DNA of 64,000 bases, taken from assembly GCA_963833425.1 (NCBI GenBank), contig CAWHXP010000002.1, forward strand, positions 320,001 to 384,000. The letters are read 5' to 3'. This document shows, one piece after another, positions 54,058 to 64,000 of the stretch (within the stretch, counting starts at the first letter, position 1; each line of letters begins with the position of its first letter). The DNA comes from an uncultured Methanosarcinaceae archaeon (GTDB lineage: Archaea > Halobacteriota > Methanosarcinia > Methanosarcinales > Methanosarcinaceae). The translations under genes and the position numbers were made by a program. Under the pieces are notes generated by a model. The model made no database searches. It had not been told where the DNA came from and saw only the letters and a program-made list of their open reading frames with translations.

Positions 54058-56335
54058 GAAAAAGTAGTGATTCAAAAACTCCCTTTTCTAATTTAACAAA
54101 AAGTAAGTACACAACTGATTAGTACACAATTGATTGATAGTGAACATTATTTGTATAGCATTGAACTTTCTAGCACAACATAAATATCAAATTCGAGCTC
54201 TTGTGGTTGCAAGGCTAAGGTTTTTTTTCCGTTTAAAGGTTTCAAGGCTAAATTGAATGAGTCTAATGCTAAGGCTTCTATGAGTAAACATAATCTAAAA
54301 ACTACTCCAAACAACATAATAGGGGGGTAAAAAAATCACTCGGTGTAAAGTGGATAAAGAATAAGTGGATTTTCATTTCCATTAAATGAAAGAAGCGACT
54401 TCAACAACGAACTTAGATCCTAGCTGCCGGTGGACTGTAACATATGGAAGAGCAAAACAGTTCACCACATTTACATGTAGATTTACGAAAAACTGACCGA
54501 ATTCCTGCTCTATAGGAATTTGTCAATCTCCATGTTTTTTACTTAGGTATCCCAAATATTTGCTCTTATGAGGCCATAATAGTTTGCTATGGATATTGCT
54601 TCAGGGGCCATAAGGCAGCTCACAAATATCCGTACCACTTAATGTGAATACCACTTAGTTTAAATAAATATTATCTATTATAAATATATGATAGATCGAG
54701 TTTAATTATTATTTGTCTTTCACCCATGAAGTAGACGTTTATCGGGCTGTGGGCATATCTCCCTGCAGCTCACAGATCAATTTTTTGAAATCTAAGATCA
54801 GCTGATTATCTAAGCCGATATAAAGAAGAAAATTAAATTTTGATTAATTTTTTGCGATCCATTTTATTTCTCCAACTAAATTTTCTCTTTGAATATATAA
54901 AACTCATTTTTTTATAACTAGACAACATCTTATTTTGTTTGCTGCACAGTTGATACTTGATTTGGTCTCTTCAGGTGATATGTCCCTTAAATCTCATCCA
55001 TAATTGATCTATGGGGTATTAACAGAAAATTAGTGAATCAAATAAATCAAAAGTGCTGTCAAAGACTCAAAAAAGATGTAGGGCAATATCTATTACTTTA
55101 AGTAATATCATTACTGCCCTGAAAATTAATTGACCAACCCCTTAAAATTATATATGAAGATGACATCTATAAACGTGGAATTGTCAACAATAGACTATTG
55201 TTTGTGTAGTTAGTGAGATAATCAACTGGATGCTTTAAAACTTATTTTTTCCTAACTTTTAACTCGTTCTGCTAACATATTGAGAAATTTCTGTTTTGCA
55301 TTGGGGAAAAGAGATACAGAATAAATTCTATTTTACATAACCTTTGGCACACTGGCCACATTGCTAAAATTTCTATAAATTCAACTAGCAATCAACTGAA
55401 ATCAATTTAAAACCTTAAAAATAATGAAAAATTTCTTAGCTTTACTTTTATGCATAGTATTTAAAGTAAAACATATGCATAATTTCAACGTTAACTTTCC
55501 ATTACAATCTTTTTCACTATTATCCCACACTCACAAGCTTAAGAGTATGGACAAATGCACTCTATTTTAATTTTAAACATATTCGATCTTTTTTAGAAAA
55601 GCTTAATGTTAAATTCTGAAGATTTTGGGGAATAATAAAAAATCATTATTAATATCGAATTGTTTTTTTGGTTGTGAAAAATATTATGTGAGATTATTTT
55701 TGTTTAGAAACTATTTTTCATATAATTATAAAATGAATGCGGAACTAATCAAGTAGTATTGTTGTACTTCATGGATTGTACAACAGAACGAACAGACACT
55801 TTAAAAAACAGAGAGATGACCGATAGAGCAAAATTGCTTGGAAGGCATTGGTCTTATTTCGGATTAAATATACTTTTGCGGGTATATATTCGAAGTGACT
55901 GTACCAGAGCAAACAGTAGAGACAACTCTTCCAAGCTTGTATATTATCTTTTTTAATGTGCTTAATTTGACAGAATGTATAATTTTATCCTAATCTGCTC
56001 TGTACACTTTAATCTTCTTTTTGATTATCATTCTATTATCGTTGAGATAGCCGAAGACATGCCGTAGTAGCTGAGAATGCGCCTAGTGACTTCTAGCGGG
56101 AAAGGTGCCAGTTTGTTATGATTCATGAAATTAGGGTCACCTAATTTCAATCCTAAGTAGCTTGTGTTAGGGAATATATAACAAATCAAATTTAATTGTA
56201 ATTCGTCTATCACCCTATAACTCAGGTAGATATTCGATTGAGCAGTAGGAATTCCCCCCAACAGCTCACAGATTTATTATTCGACGTAGGATTCTAGGAT
56301 CATGGCTCAGCCTTTTCCACTTTTTGAATAGGTAC

Positions 56336-57340
56336 TTAGAAAATTGTGGTCCATCCTTCTTTGGAGGTATCCTCCTCTGTATAGTTAACTCCGTCCACCT
56401 TTAAGCCCTTATTATCCAGTAGGGTTATGATTCCACCATCTTTGGGCAACGTGAAGTCACCCCCTGTGATTGGAATCTTCAGGATTTCTCCAGCATTCAA
56501 AGTACCTGACAGATCTATTTTCATTTTATTTCTATCAGCCAACTTCCAACCGTTAAGTGTAACCGACTCAGGAGTGGCATTAAGGATGGCAACGTTTCTT
56601 TCTTCAGAACCTACTGGGTTCACCAAGGCAGCAATAATGATCACGCGCTTATCGATTGCAGCAGCTACAGCAACCTTTTGAGCTCCGCATGCCTCTGGAA
56701 TGAAATGACCTGTAGTGTCATATGTGTGGAAGCACTGAGATTGGAAGGCCAGGAAAATGGCCACCCATCTATTCTCGTCTGGGTAATGAAATATGATGCC
56801 ACCGTCCTGCCATGTTCCGTCATCTTTTACCCATTCATCTCTATTGCCTTGATTCATATGTATATCGTGGATGCCATTTCCAGGCCTGAAACCGAAATAG
56901 GGATCGCGTTTATTCTCTGGTCCCCAACGCTGGCCAAAAGCATATATCTCACTGGTTTCCATAGAAATTGCTTTATCAACATATTTGTGAAAAAGCTCAT
57001 TCAGGTCGTTATCAGGTCCTGGAAGGTTATATGGCAGTGGTTTCATTTGGGTTATATCGAAGATATTTCCCCTAATATAATCTAGCGCCATTCCCCCCGG
57101 TCGGTTTTCCAGATTCTGGAAGCCCGAGGATAGAGTCCCCAGGTCTTTAAGGATAGGATGGTTGAAATCCTCGTCTAGATAGTAGAGCACGGTTGAAGGC
57201 TCTTCCTGGGATTTGACATCAATGGCTATTCTGAACAGATCATCATCACTGATTTTCACTTGGAAATGCGGTCTCAATCCTTGACCATTCATCATATCTA
57301 TGGCCTTTCCTTTCAGTACACCGTATCCGTTTATTGGCAT
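56336..57340 (-). CDS. YukJ/DUF2278 family protein fused to a lamin-tail-like domain
   Basis: YGVLKG, GIHDIHMNQGN, WQDGG, AIFLAFQSQ; C-terminal IIAALVNPVG.E...LN......LNGWKLAD..GGIITLLD. Confidence 0.85.
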   Translation of the reverse strand: MPINGYGVLKGKAIDMMNGQGLRPHFQVKISDDDLFRIAIDVKSQEEPSTVLYYLDEDFNHPILKDLGTLSSGFQNLENRPGGMALDYIRGNIFDITQMKPLPYNLPGPDNDLNELFHKYVDKAISMETSEIYAFGQRWGPENKRDPYFGFRPGNGIHDIHMNQGNRDEWVKDDGTWQDGGIIFHYPDENRWVAIFLAFQSQCFHTYDTTGHFIPEACGAQKVAVAAAIDKRVIIIAALVNPVGSEERNVAILNATPESVTLNGWKLADRNKMKIDLSGTLNAGEILKIPITGGDFTLPKDGGIITLLDNKGLKVDGVNYTEEDTSKEGWTTIF

Positions 57341-58334
57341 ATTTTCACCTACCGAACTACAAACGACTTGTTCATTTTTAATTCATTTATGATCTCAGCG
57401 TCTGAAATCCTAGAATCTGCCAGGAAAAGTAAATTGACACGAACCAAGATTCTTATAGATATTTTCCCTCAATAAAGATAATGAGTAGTCGTTCTAGCTC
57501 TTTCTATTGCATAATTTCTCGTAATATTTTTCTGATACCGCTATTATAGAAGCTATAAACTAACAATAAAATTTAGACGCTTATTATATAAAATGTTGTA
57601 ATTTTATTTAGATTGGTTAAGTAAACTTTCCAACTGTTTGCAGGCAATTCACCATCTATAGTTTACAAAATCAACTTTTTGACATAACAGATTAGCCGGA
57701 TAACCTAAGCTAGTAAAATAAAGCAGATGAAATCCCATTTTGGAATTTGAGCATATAAAAAACAAATATTATCTACTTGTGTTATATATCCCAGTTAAAG
57801 GTTGCTAATGATACTGGTATTAAGGTATCAGACAGTTGAGAGTCAGACCATCAACTATCCGGTTTCGTATACCATAGGGAAGGGATTGACATTTTTTACA
57901 ATTATTTTAATTTTTTGATATATATAATACGTCAATATGAAATAAGTAGAGGTGATTTCAATCCACATATCCTTCTTTTGTAATAAGACAGAATAAGACA
58001 GACCGAATTTATAACAAGTTTTTCAACTTTTCAGTTAGATATCCGCAATTTATCCCATATCAGTTTCTGCAGCGATCCACACGAGCCAAACTTTTTTGTC
58101 AATATAGTCATTTTCATAGTCATCACAAATTTCTTGAGTAACACAAATTTGTTTATCAAACATTACTATTTGTTCTTGTGCTGTTTTTCATAACTGGATC
58201 AAAATAGATCAGCTTTTCTACTGAAAAATACAAGAGTGCAAAAAATAGAATGGTTCTCGATTGATGGGGCATAATCTTCAATTGGTGCGCTTGCGACTTT
58301 CCAAAGCTCGATCTTGTTTTATTCCATATGCACT

Positions 58335-59089
58335 GGAGAGAATTATCGAAAAGTTCAAAGAAAATATGGGAAAAGTTGCAAAGCCAACTTGATGCTCTGG
58401 GTTTACAGATAAAGCATGGAATGATTCAGGATGCTACTTTTATCCATTCAGATCCAGGACATGCAAAAGTAGATAAACCTCGAGGAGATGAGGCAAAAAC
58501 AAGAAGAGGCAGAGACTGGACATGGACAAAGAAGGGAGGTAAGTCTCACTTTGGATATAAGCTCCACAATATAATAGACAGAGATTATGAGCTGATCAGA
58601 AGATTCAAAACAACAACTGCGTCAGTACATGATTCGTATGTAGATTTGACAGAGGAAAATTAAGTGGTTTATAGGGACAGAGGATACTTTGGAGCAAAAA
58701 CGAAGGGGTATAATGCAACAATGAAAAGAGCGGTCAAAGGACATACTTTGGGAATAAAGGATATATTAAGAAATAAGAGAATTAGTTCAAAAAAAATCCA
58801 AGGGGAAAGAGTTTATTCAGTAACGAAAGAAATTTTCAAAGCAGGAAGAGTTTTTGTTACTACTGTTAAAAGAGTAAATCTAAAAATGTTGTATACGGCT
58901 TTTTGTTATAATCTCCATCAATTGAGGAAATTGAAAATAAAAAAGTATATTGAAGATAGTGGAAGCTATCTTTAAAATCAAAGAATTGAGAATAAGTAAA
59001 GCCAAAAAGATGAATTAAATAGAGAAATTGAGGGGAAGATCTGAGAAATCACTGCTAAGAAATAAAATCCGAAGTTTATCGAAATTCTC
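58335..59089 (+). mobile_element. IS5-family element copy 7, 5'-truncated
   Basis: Similarity begins at GGAGAGAATTATCG; right TIR intact. Confidence 0.9.
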
Positions 59090-59093
59090 TATA

Positions 59094-59182
59094 GAAGATT
59101 TCGATAAACCCCACTTTTTAGTAGATAGTTTATAAACGGTATATAAGCAATTTGTTAAAATCAGAGGTTTATCGAAATCCTC
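59094..59182. mobile_element. 89-bp MITE abutting IS5 copy 7, TATA target duplication
   Basis: GAAGATTTCGATAAACC ... GGTTTATCGAAATCCTC, with TATA at 59090-59093 and 59183-59186. Confidence 0.9.
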
Positions 59183-59193
59183 TATAATCTATT

Positions 59194-59700
59194 GCTCTGT
59201 CAAATTCGGGATCTTATTTGATTATACCACTTAAACCAAATGCGCTGATGTTTTTTCGTATTCAACAGTACGTATATTGCTTAGAGTGATTATTTCATTT
59301 CGGGTCCGAAAAAGCTTTCTAAGTAGTTTCTATTACCAGTTTAAATTTATCAAAGTAAAATAGATCCTCTTCAATAGGTTTTGGACCGTTTCGTTCTTTT
59401 TACAATCTTATTTTGGCAGTAAAATTCCCATTTGGAATGAAGCCTCTTCTTTTCGTCAAAATATTATTTAATATTCTTAATAAATTGCATCAAAATTCGA
59501 TATATTTGTCGCTTCAACACCACATAGATTAAAAAAGTTTGTAGATATAGGAGTTTATCTCCATTTTTGTTTTCTTGTGATCTCATTTTGATGTTCACGA
59601 TAAATTAGCGAATTTTTTTCTGCATGAACCTTTACTTCTGTAAAAACAATTTTGAAGGAAAGGAATATTCTGGCAGAAGACAGCAAAATTTTATATTGCA
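59194..59700 (-). pseudogene. Probable IS6-family relic
   Basis: GCTCTGTCAAA end at 59195; minus-strand GNRNYLESFF and WFKWYNQIR fragments. Confidence 0.45.
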
Positions 59701-59979
59701 ATATTATAAAGTTATCATTACATACTTTCAAGCTAACAATCTCCCAAAAATAAGTCTATATGCCAAAAGATGCAGGTTCAGAGAATATTAGTTTGAAATT
59801 TAATTTTATAATTCCATATCAGATCTGGAATAACCTTGCTGATCCCCAAAAAGCTTATTAAAGGCCAAGTTCTATAGCGTGAAACATGGTTGCTTAGAAA
59901 ATTCAGAAATTTAGATAAAAATTTTCTTACTTATAAATTTAGCTAATTTAATAGAAGAGTTTATAGGAGATTTGAAAAT

Positions 59980-60726
59980 ATGACGATTCAGAAAGGCGAT
60001 TTCATAGCATTAAACTACACGGGTAGGTTCGAAGATAACAGAGTTTTCGACACAACCGACGAAGAACTTGCAAAAAAAGAAGACATCTTTGACCTCCGTG
60101 GCCTTTATGGTGGAGATATCATTATTGTCGGTGCAGGGCATACTATTGTGGGCCTCGATGAAAATCTCGAAGGGAAGGAAGTCGGTTACACGGGGAAAAT
60201 TGTAATTACACCTGAAAAGGCTTTTGGACTTAGCGACCCTAAACTCATCGAAACGATTTCCATTACGAAGCTTCAGGACAGAAAAGTCCATCCAGGAATG
60301 ACTGTTAAGGTTGACGGTAGGGAAGGTGTTGTCAGCAGAGTTATAGGTCGTAGGGTCACTGTGGACTTTAACAGCCCTCTTGCAGGCAAGACAGTAATCT
60401 ATGAATACACGATTGAAAGAGTTATTGAGACTGAAATTGAAAGAATAAAGGGTTTGTTAGCCCTTTACACGGGCATGAGGGATCTGGAAATCTCCATTGA
60501 TGATGGGATTGCGAAGATCTATACACCTACAGGCCTTACTTTCAACCAACGCTGGCTCATGGCAAAGAATAGGATTGCAGTCGAACTCTTCAAATACGTT
60601 GGTTTCAAAGAGATTCAATTAATTGAAAAACTCACACCTGAATCTTTAGCCCCGCCATCCCCTCAGACCACAGATGAGGTTGTATCGAGAGCCGAATCCG
60701 AAGAATCCCCAGAACCAGAAGTCTGA
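59980..60726 (+). CDS. FKBP-type peptidyl-prolyl cis-trans isomerase (long archaeal type)
   Basis: YTGR..VFDTT, GLDE.L.G, PEKAFG, VDFNSPLAGK; GGAGA RBS. Confidence 0.95.
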   Translation: MTIQKGDFIALNYTGRFEDNRVFDTTDEELAKKEDIFDLRGLYGGDIIIVGAGHTIVGLDENLEGKEVGYTGKIVITPEKAFGLSDPKLIETISITKLQDRKVHPGMTVKVDGREGVVSRVIGRRVTVDFNSPLAGKTVIYEYTIERVIETEIERIKGLLALYTGMRDLEISIDDGIAKIYTPTGLTFNQRWLMAKNRIAVELFKYVGFKEIQLIEKLTPESLAPPSPQTTDEVVSRAESEESPEPEV

Positions 60727-60753
60727 TTTCATCTTTAGACTGAACCAAAAAAG

Positions 60754-60772
60754 CGAAGAGATTCTCTCTTCG
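60754..60772. terminator. Hairpin downstream of the PPIase gene
   Basis: CGAAGAGA-TTC-TCTCTTCG perfect 8-bp stem; terminator role inferred from position only. Confidence 0.4.
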
Positions 60773-60878
60773 TAAATTATATATATAATAATCAGTGTCT
60801 CTGTATATCTTCCTGGAATATCAGGGCTATCTACATCATTTTCTCTAGGGAACCTGTAAGAATATATACCTTCAACTT

Positions 60879-60964
60879 GCTGAGGTGGCCCAGCGGACTA
60901 AGGCGCCGGTCTTGAAAACCGGTAGTGCTCACGCGCTACGGGAGTTCGAATCTCCCCCTCAGCG
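60879..60964 (+). tRNA. tRNA-Ser(TGA)
   Basis: Acceptor stem GCTGAGG/CCTCAGC plus discriminator G, anticodon arm CCGGT-CTTGAAA-ACCGG, long variable arm, T-arm GGGAG-TTCGAAT-CTCCC; no encoded CCA. Confidence 0.97.
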
Positions 60965-61287
60965 TAGTTTTAAAAAGGATTTCAATTCAACTCTAATTTC
61001 CCGTATTCTCAAGCTACAACATATAACAAAAGCAAGAAGATATTATAATTTATAAAAGCAACTTCAATTTTTGACCCTGCTTTCATTTGAAGCGGATCAT
61101 ACTTTATTAATCATCAAGAATACTTGAATTTTCATATTCTCTTTTTTGTCGCGGGAATTAATTGTTCTTTTAACAATATCAGGTTCGGTAAACACATCTA
61201 AATTCTAGAATTATATTACTATTTTTATCTAATCTATGGTAATGTTGTATCATTCTAGAGGGGACTATATCAAAGTAGGGTATTGTT

Positions 61288-62016
61288 TTATCTAGCTTCA
61301 TGTTCATAATTTTCACGGAATGCTCTTTCTCCCACGGTTAAAAAATGATAGTTCTCAGCCTTGAAAGAATGTATTAGGGTTTTAAGGTTTTGGAGAGCTT
61401 TTCCTCCGGTATTGAATTTACAATCAAGGCGTATTGGTAGTTTGGACATATCCACAAATTCCCATGGGTGGACGAAGATTAAAGGAGCTTTTACGTGCTT
61501 GAGCAGTGGTAGAAATAAGGCTGGGGGAAGCCGTAAAAAAGAAGAGGTAATTGTAGCAGGAATCCTTATTATTTTAGCTTCCACCCTACTTCTGGGAAAT
61601 GGTGGTTTATAGGCTGCAAGTGAGGAATCATACAGAAAACCTTCCTCTTCCAGAAGCTTAAGATATTTATCCGGGAATTGAAGGTTCGGAGCCCTAAAGG
61701 ATATCAGCCTTTTTTCAAAATGTCTAAGGACCTTAACAGCTTTTTTAAGGGTGATTTTCGCTTCTTCTGTTTCCATTCGGTCAAAACGTGCATGTGTATA
61801 TCCGTGACAACCAAGTTCATGTCCTTCTTCCAGAATTCTATATATAAGGTCCGGAAACTGCTCTGCCATCATTCCAGTTACGAAAAAAGTTGTTTTTATC
61901 CCTTCCTTTTTGAAGAGATCCAATAATTTCGGCAATCCCTCTTCCATACCTCTTGTACTCATAAGCATAGGTGGACAATCTTCTTCTACATCAATTGTTA
62001 TTGTAATTTTTTTCAT
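61288..62016 (-). CDS. Polysaccharide deacetylase (CE4) family protein
   Basis: TIDVEED, TTFFVTG, HELGCHGYTH, FRAP, YDSS, FVHPWEF. Confidence 0.92.
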   Translation of the reverse strand: MKKITITIDVEEDCPPMLMSTRGMEEGLPKLLDLFKKEGIKTTFFVTGMMAEQFPDLIYRILEEGHELGCHGYTHARFDRMETEEAKITLKKAVKVLRHFEKRLISFRAPNLQFPDKYLKLLEEEGFLYDSSLAAYKPPFPRSRVEAKIIRIPATITSSFLRLPPALFLPLLKHVKAPLIFVHPWEFVDMSKLPIRLDCKFNTGGKALQNLKTLIHSFKAENYHFLTVGERAFRENYEHEAR

Positions 62017-63121
62017 AAATGACCTTTGTATACATCTGCTTGGTCTGTTCACATATTCTGTCCCAATTGTAATTTGAAAGCTCCTTGCTTGCTTCCTGCG
62101 CAAAAGAGCTTCTTAATGCCGGATTTTCTATCAATGTCTGAAGATGTGATGAAAATTCCATAAGATTATTCGCAAGGTAACCACTTACTCCGTTCTTGAT
62201 GATATCCGAAACTCCACTATGATTCATTGCCACAACAGGGACTTTTTTTGAGATAGCTTCAAGGATCGCAATTCCGAAGGCTTCGTCACTGGAGGGAAGG
62301 GCAAAGATATCTGCTTGCTCCAGATATCCCAATACCCTTCCTCTGGGAACCTCTCCTGTGAAGCAAAAGTTTCTAGATAACCCTTTTTTTTCTACCATTT
62401 TTTCCAGTTTTTTTCTCAGAGGACCGTCTCCTACCATTAAAAAAATTACATTCCCATATTTTTTCAGAATAGAAGGAGCAATATTCACAATATTCAAGAC
62501 ACCCTTTTTTTTTGTCATACGTGCGACAGTAGCAATTACAACTTTTCCATTAGTGTCGAAAAGAAAGGGAATCTTGAGAATATTATCTTCAGAATCAATC
62601 CCATTAAAAATCCGGTAAATAGGTTTTGATGTCATTATCTTTGAGTCTTTTTCAACTGCAGAGCTAACAGCAATCACAGCATCCGCATTCCTTAAAAGCA
62701 ATTTACCTAAAAGATAATAAACTGGGCGATATAAAGTATGTCCTACTAGAGAATGATTGGTAATTACTACAGGAATTTTTAGTTTCCGGGATGCTAGGAG
62801 GGCAGATATTCCGATAGGAGAATCTAGTCCGTGGCAATTGACAATTCCATAATTTCCTTTTTTCAAGAGGTAGTACAACTGTTTATATGCGTTGGGCATG
62901 AGAAAACGATGCTGGCCAGGAAAGGGTTTACTTTTGATTCTTATCACTGATACTCCATCTCTGATACAATTCTCAGGGACATCCGGATAGCTCCTTGTAA
63001 TAATGCTTACTTCGTGGCCATGGATGGCAAGGGTCCTAGCAAGGGCATGCATGGAATACTCAATTCCTCCTACTTTTGGAAAGTACCAATCACTAATCAG
63101 TGCAATTTTGAGCTTTTCCAT
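61991..63121 (-). CDS. GT4 (GT-B) glycosyltransferase
   Basis: DWYFPKVGGIE, VGDGPLR, EAFGIAILEA motif. Confidence 0.93.
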   Translation of the reverse strand: MEKLKIALISDWYFPKVGGIEYSMHALARTLAIHGHEVSIITRSYPDVPENCIRDGVSVIRIKSKPFPGQHRFLMPNAYKQLYYLLKKGNYGIVNCHGLDSPIGISALLASRKLKIPVVITNHSLVGHTLYRPVYYLLGKLLLRNADAVIAVSSAVEKDSKIMTSKPIYRIFNGIDSEDNILKIPFLFDTNGKVVIATVARMTKKKGVLNIVNIAPSILKKYGNVIFLMVGDGPLRKKLEKMVEKKGLSRNFCFTGEVPRGRVLGYLEQADIFALPSSDEAFGIAILEAISKKVPVVAMNHSGVSDIIKNGVSGYLANNLMEFSSHLQTLIENPALRSSFAQEASKELSNYNWDRICEQTKQMYTKVIYEKNYNNN

Positions 63122-63123
63122 AC

Positions 63124-64000
63124 TTAAAACCCTCCGTAATTAAGTAGATAAAGGAATCTTTTACGCTGCTGAGCCCAAAAGAGATCAAAACATTCGAGAA
63201 AAAAGAAGTTACTTGCTGAAGCAAGTCTCAGCCCTAAATAGAGAGGGACAGAGATAATAATCCTTTTAAATATTCCAAGCCCACTAGGACTAATTGGAAG
63301 GCTTATTAGTAGCAAGTACAAAATTGAAATTGTTGGAACTAAATGTAAAAAGAGAGAAATTTTCAGAGCTAAAGCCATCATTTTGAGATGTATTTTATCA
63401 AGAATCCAGCCTCCAAATAATAAGAGTGGAGTAAAAGTGAAAAATTTTTTAAGCTGTTTCCAATTTAGCTGTGCACAGTTAAGACAAGAAGTAAAAATTG
63501 CTATGATAAACCACATTGTCATTCCTGTTATGAAAAAGACAAAAATCAATAAATAAGTTGAGCTTAGAGTTAGGCTATTCCTTAAGGGTAATAGTTTAAT
63601 ATATAATTGAGATAAAAAGTACGAACTATAGATTAATATTATCAAAATAGAAATTGCTTCAATCGACTTTTTGGAAAGAATTGATCTAAAAGTATTAGTA
63701 TAACCTATTCCGAATCTCTTGTTAACCCAAAGTATCAGGAGCATTTCACTCCCTGCCACACTCTTCAAAGTTAAATTATTTACGACAATTTTTTCAAAAA
63801 AAGTTGGAAAAAGACCTGTGGTCTCAAGATTATAGACATTAAAAGAGAGAACCTGCTGCCAATGAATTGTAAACAAATATATACTCAACAGATGTACGAA
63901 GAATGCCAGATGAATCTGGCTTTCATGAAATATTCCCCAGTTTTCTCCTAGAATAGTTACAATTTCTGTCAAGTAGGGGCGGACCAGAAATACTCCCACA
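63124..64000 (-). CDS. UPF0104 / lysylphosphatidylglycerol-synthase TM (flippase-like) protein, 5' end outside window, possibly decaying
   Basis: Multi-TM ORF with VNNLT and LPISPSGLG motifs (drifted from the usual N..TP / P.TPGGLG..E); upstream of GT4 and the deacetylase. Confidence 0.65.
   Translation of the reverse strand, partial: VGVFLVRPYLTEIVTILGENWGIFHESQIHLAFFVHLLSIYLFTIHWQQVLSFNVYNLETTGLFPTFFEKIVVNNLTLKSVAGSEMLLILWVNKRFGIGYTNTFRSILSKKSIEAISILIILIYSSYFLSQLYIKLLPLRNSLTLSSTYLLIFVFFITGMTMWFIIAIFTSCLNCAQLNWKQLKKFFTFTPLLLFGGWILDKIHLKMMALALKISLFLHLVPTISILYLLLISLPISPSGLGIFKRIIISVPLYLGLRLASASNFFFLECFDLFWAQQRKRFLYLLNYGGF

Noticed and set aside
56028..56261. 77-aa ORF with APFPLEVTRRIL, reminiscent of a DNA methyltransferase C-terminus
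   Set aside because: Single weak motif; no DPF or SPPY motifs nearby.
60879..61280. tRNA-Ser as an integration site for an island
   Set aside because: No integrase, and no duplicated tRNA 3' end found in the window.

Overview
Archaeal chromosome segment, almost certainly a Methanosarcina-like methanogen (Methanosarcinaceae), judged from protein sequences and gene order. Intact genes are mostly informational or housekeeping: thermosome, LarA, TrmJ, an MCM-coiled-coil-SMC/ScpA/ScpB-TBP cluster, AglJ, protein-only RNase P (HARP), the exosome/proteasome superoperon (rpl15e to rpoP, with RNase P proteins and a structured eL15 leader), Cbf5-Cmk-DUF106, an FKBP PPIase, tRNA-Ser(TGA) and a glycosylation cluster. 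My hand tally of intact CDS is only about 33 kb of 64 kb. The rest is AT-rich, with heavily eroded IS relics (IS66, IS1634, IS21, IS110, IS4, ISNCY, IS6 and older IS5-like elements). Over these lies a recent burst of one ~1.13-kb IS5-family element (7 copies, all with the same frame break) and an ~89-bp MITE family sharing its terminal repeats. The most interesting candidates are: (i) this non-autonomous IS5/MITE system, which appears to be rearranging a degrading genome; (ii) a tandem pair of secreted proteins with a shared leader but unrelated repetitive bodies, one a 15-aa repeat protein; (iii) uncharacterised coiled-coil genes and a ScpB domain fusion in the MCM-SMC cluster; (iv) an intact YukJ/DUF2278-lamin-tail gene amid decayed DNA. 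No CRISPR array or rRNA was seen. All family assignments come from motif recognition by eye, not database searches.
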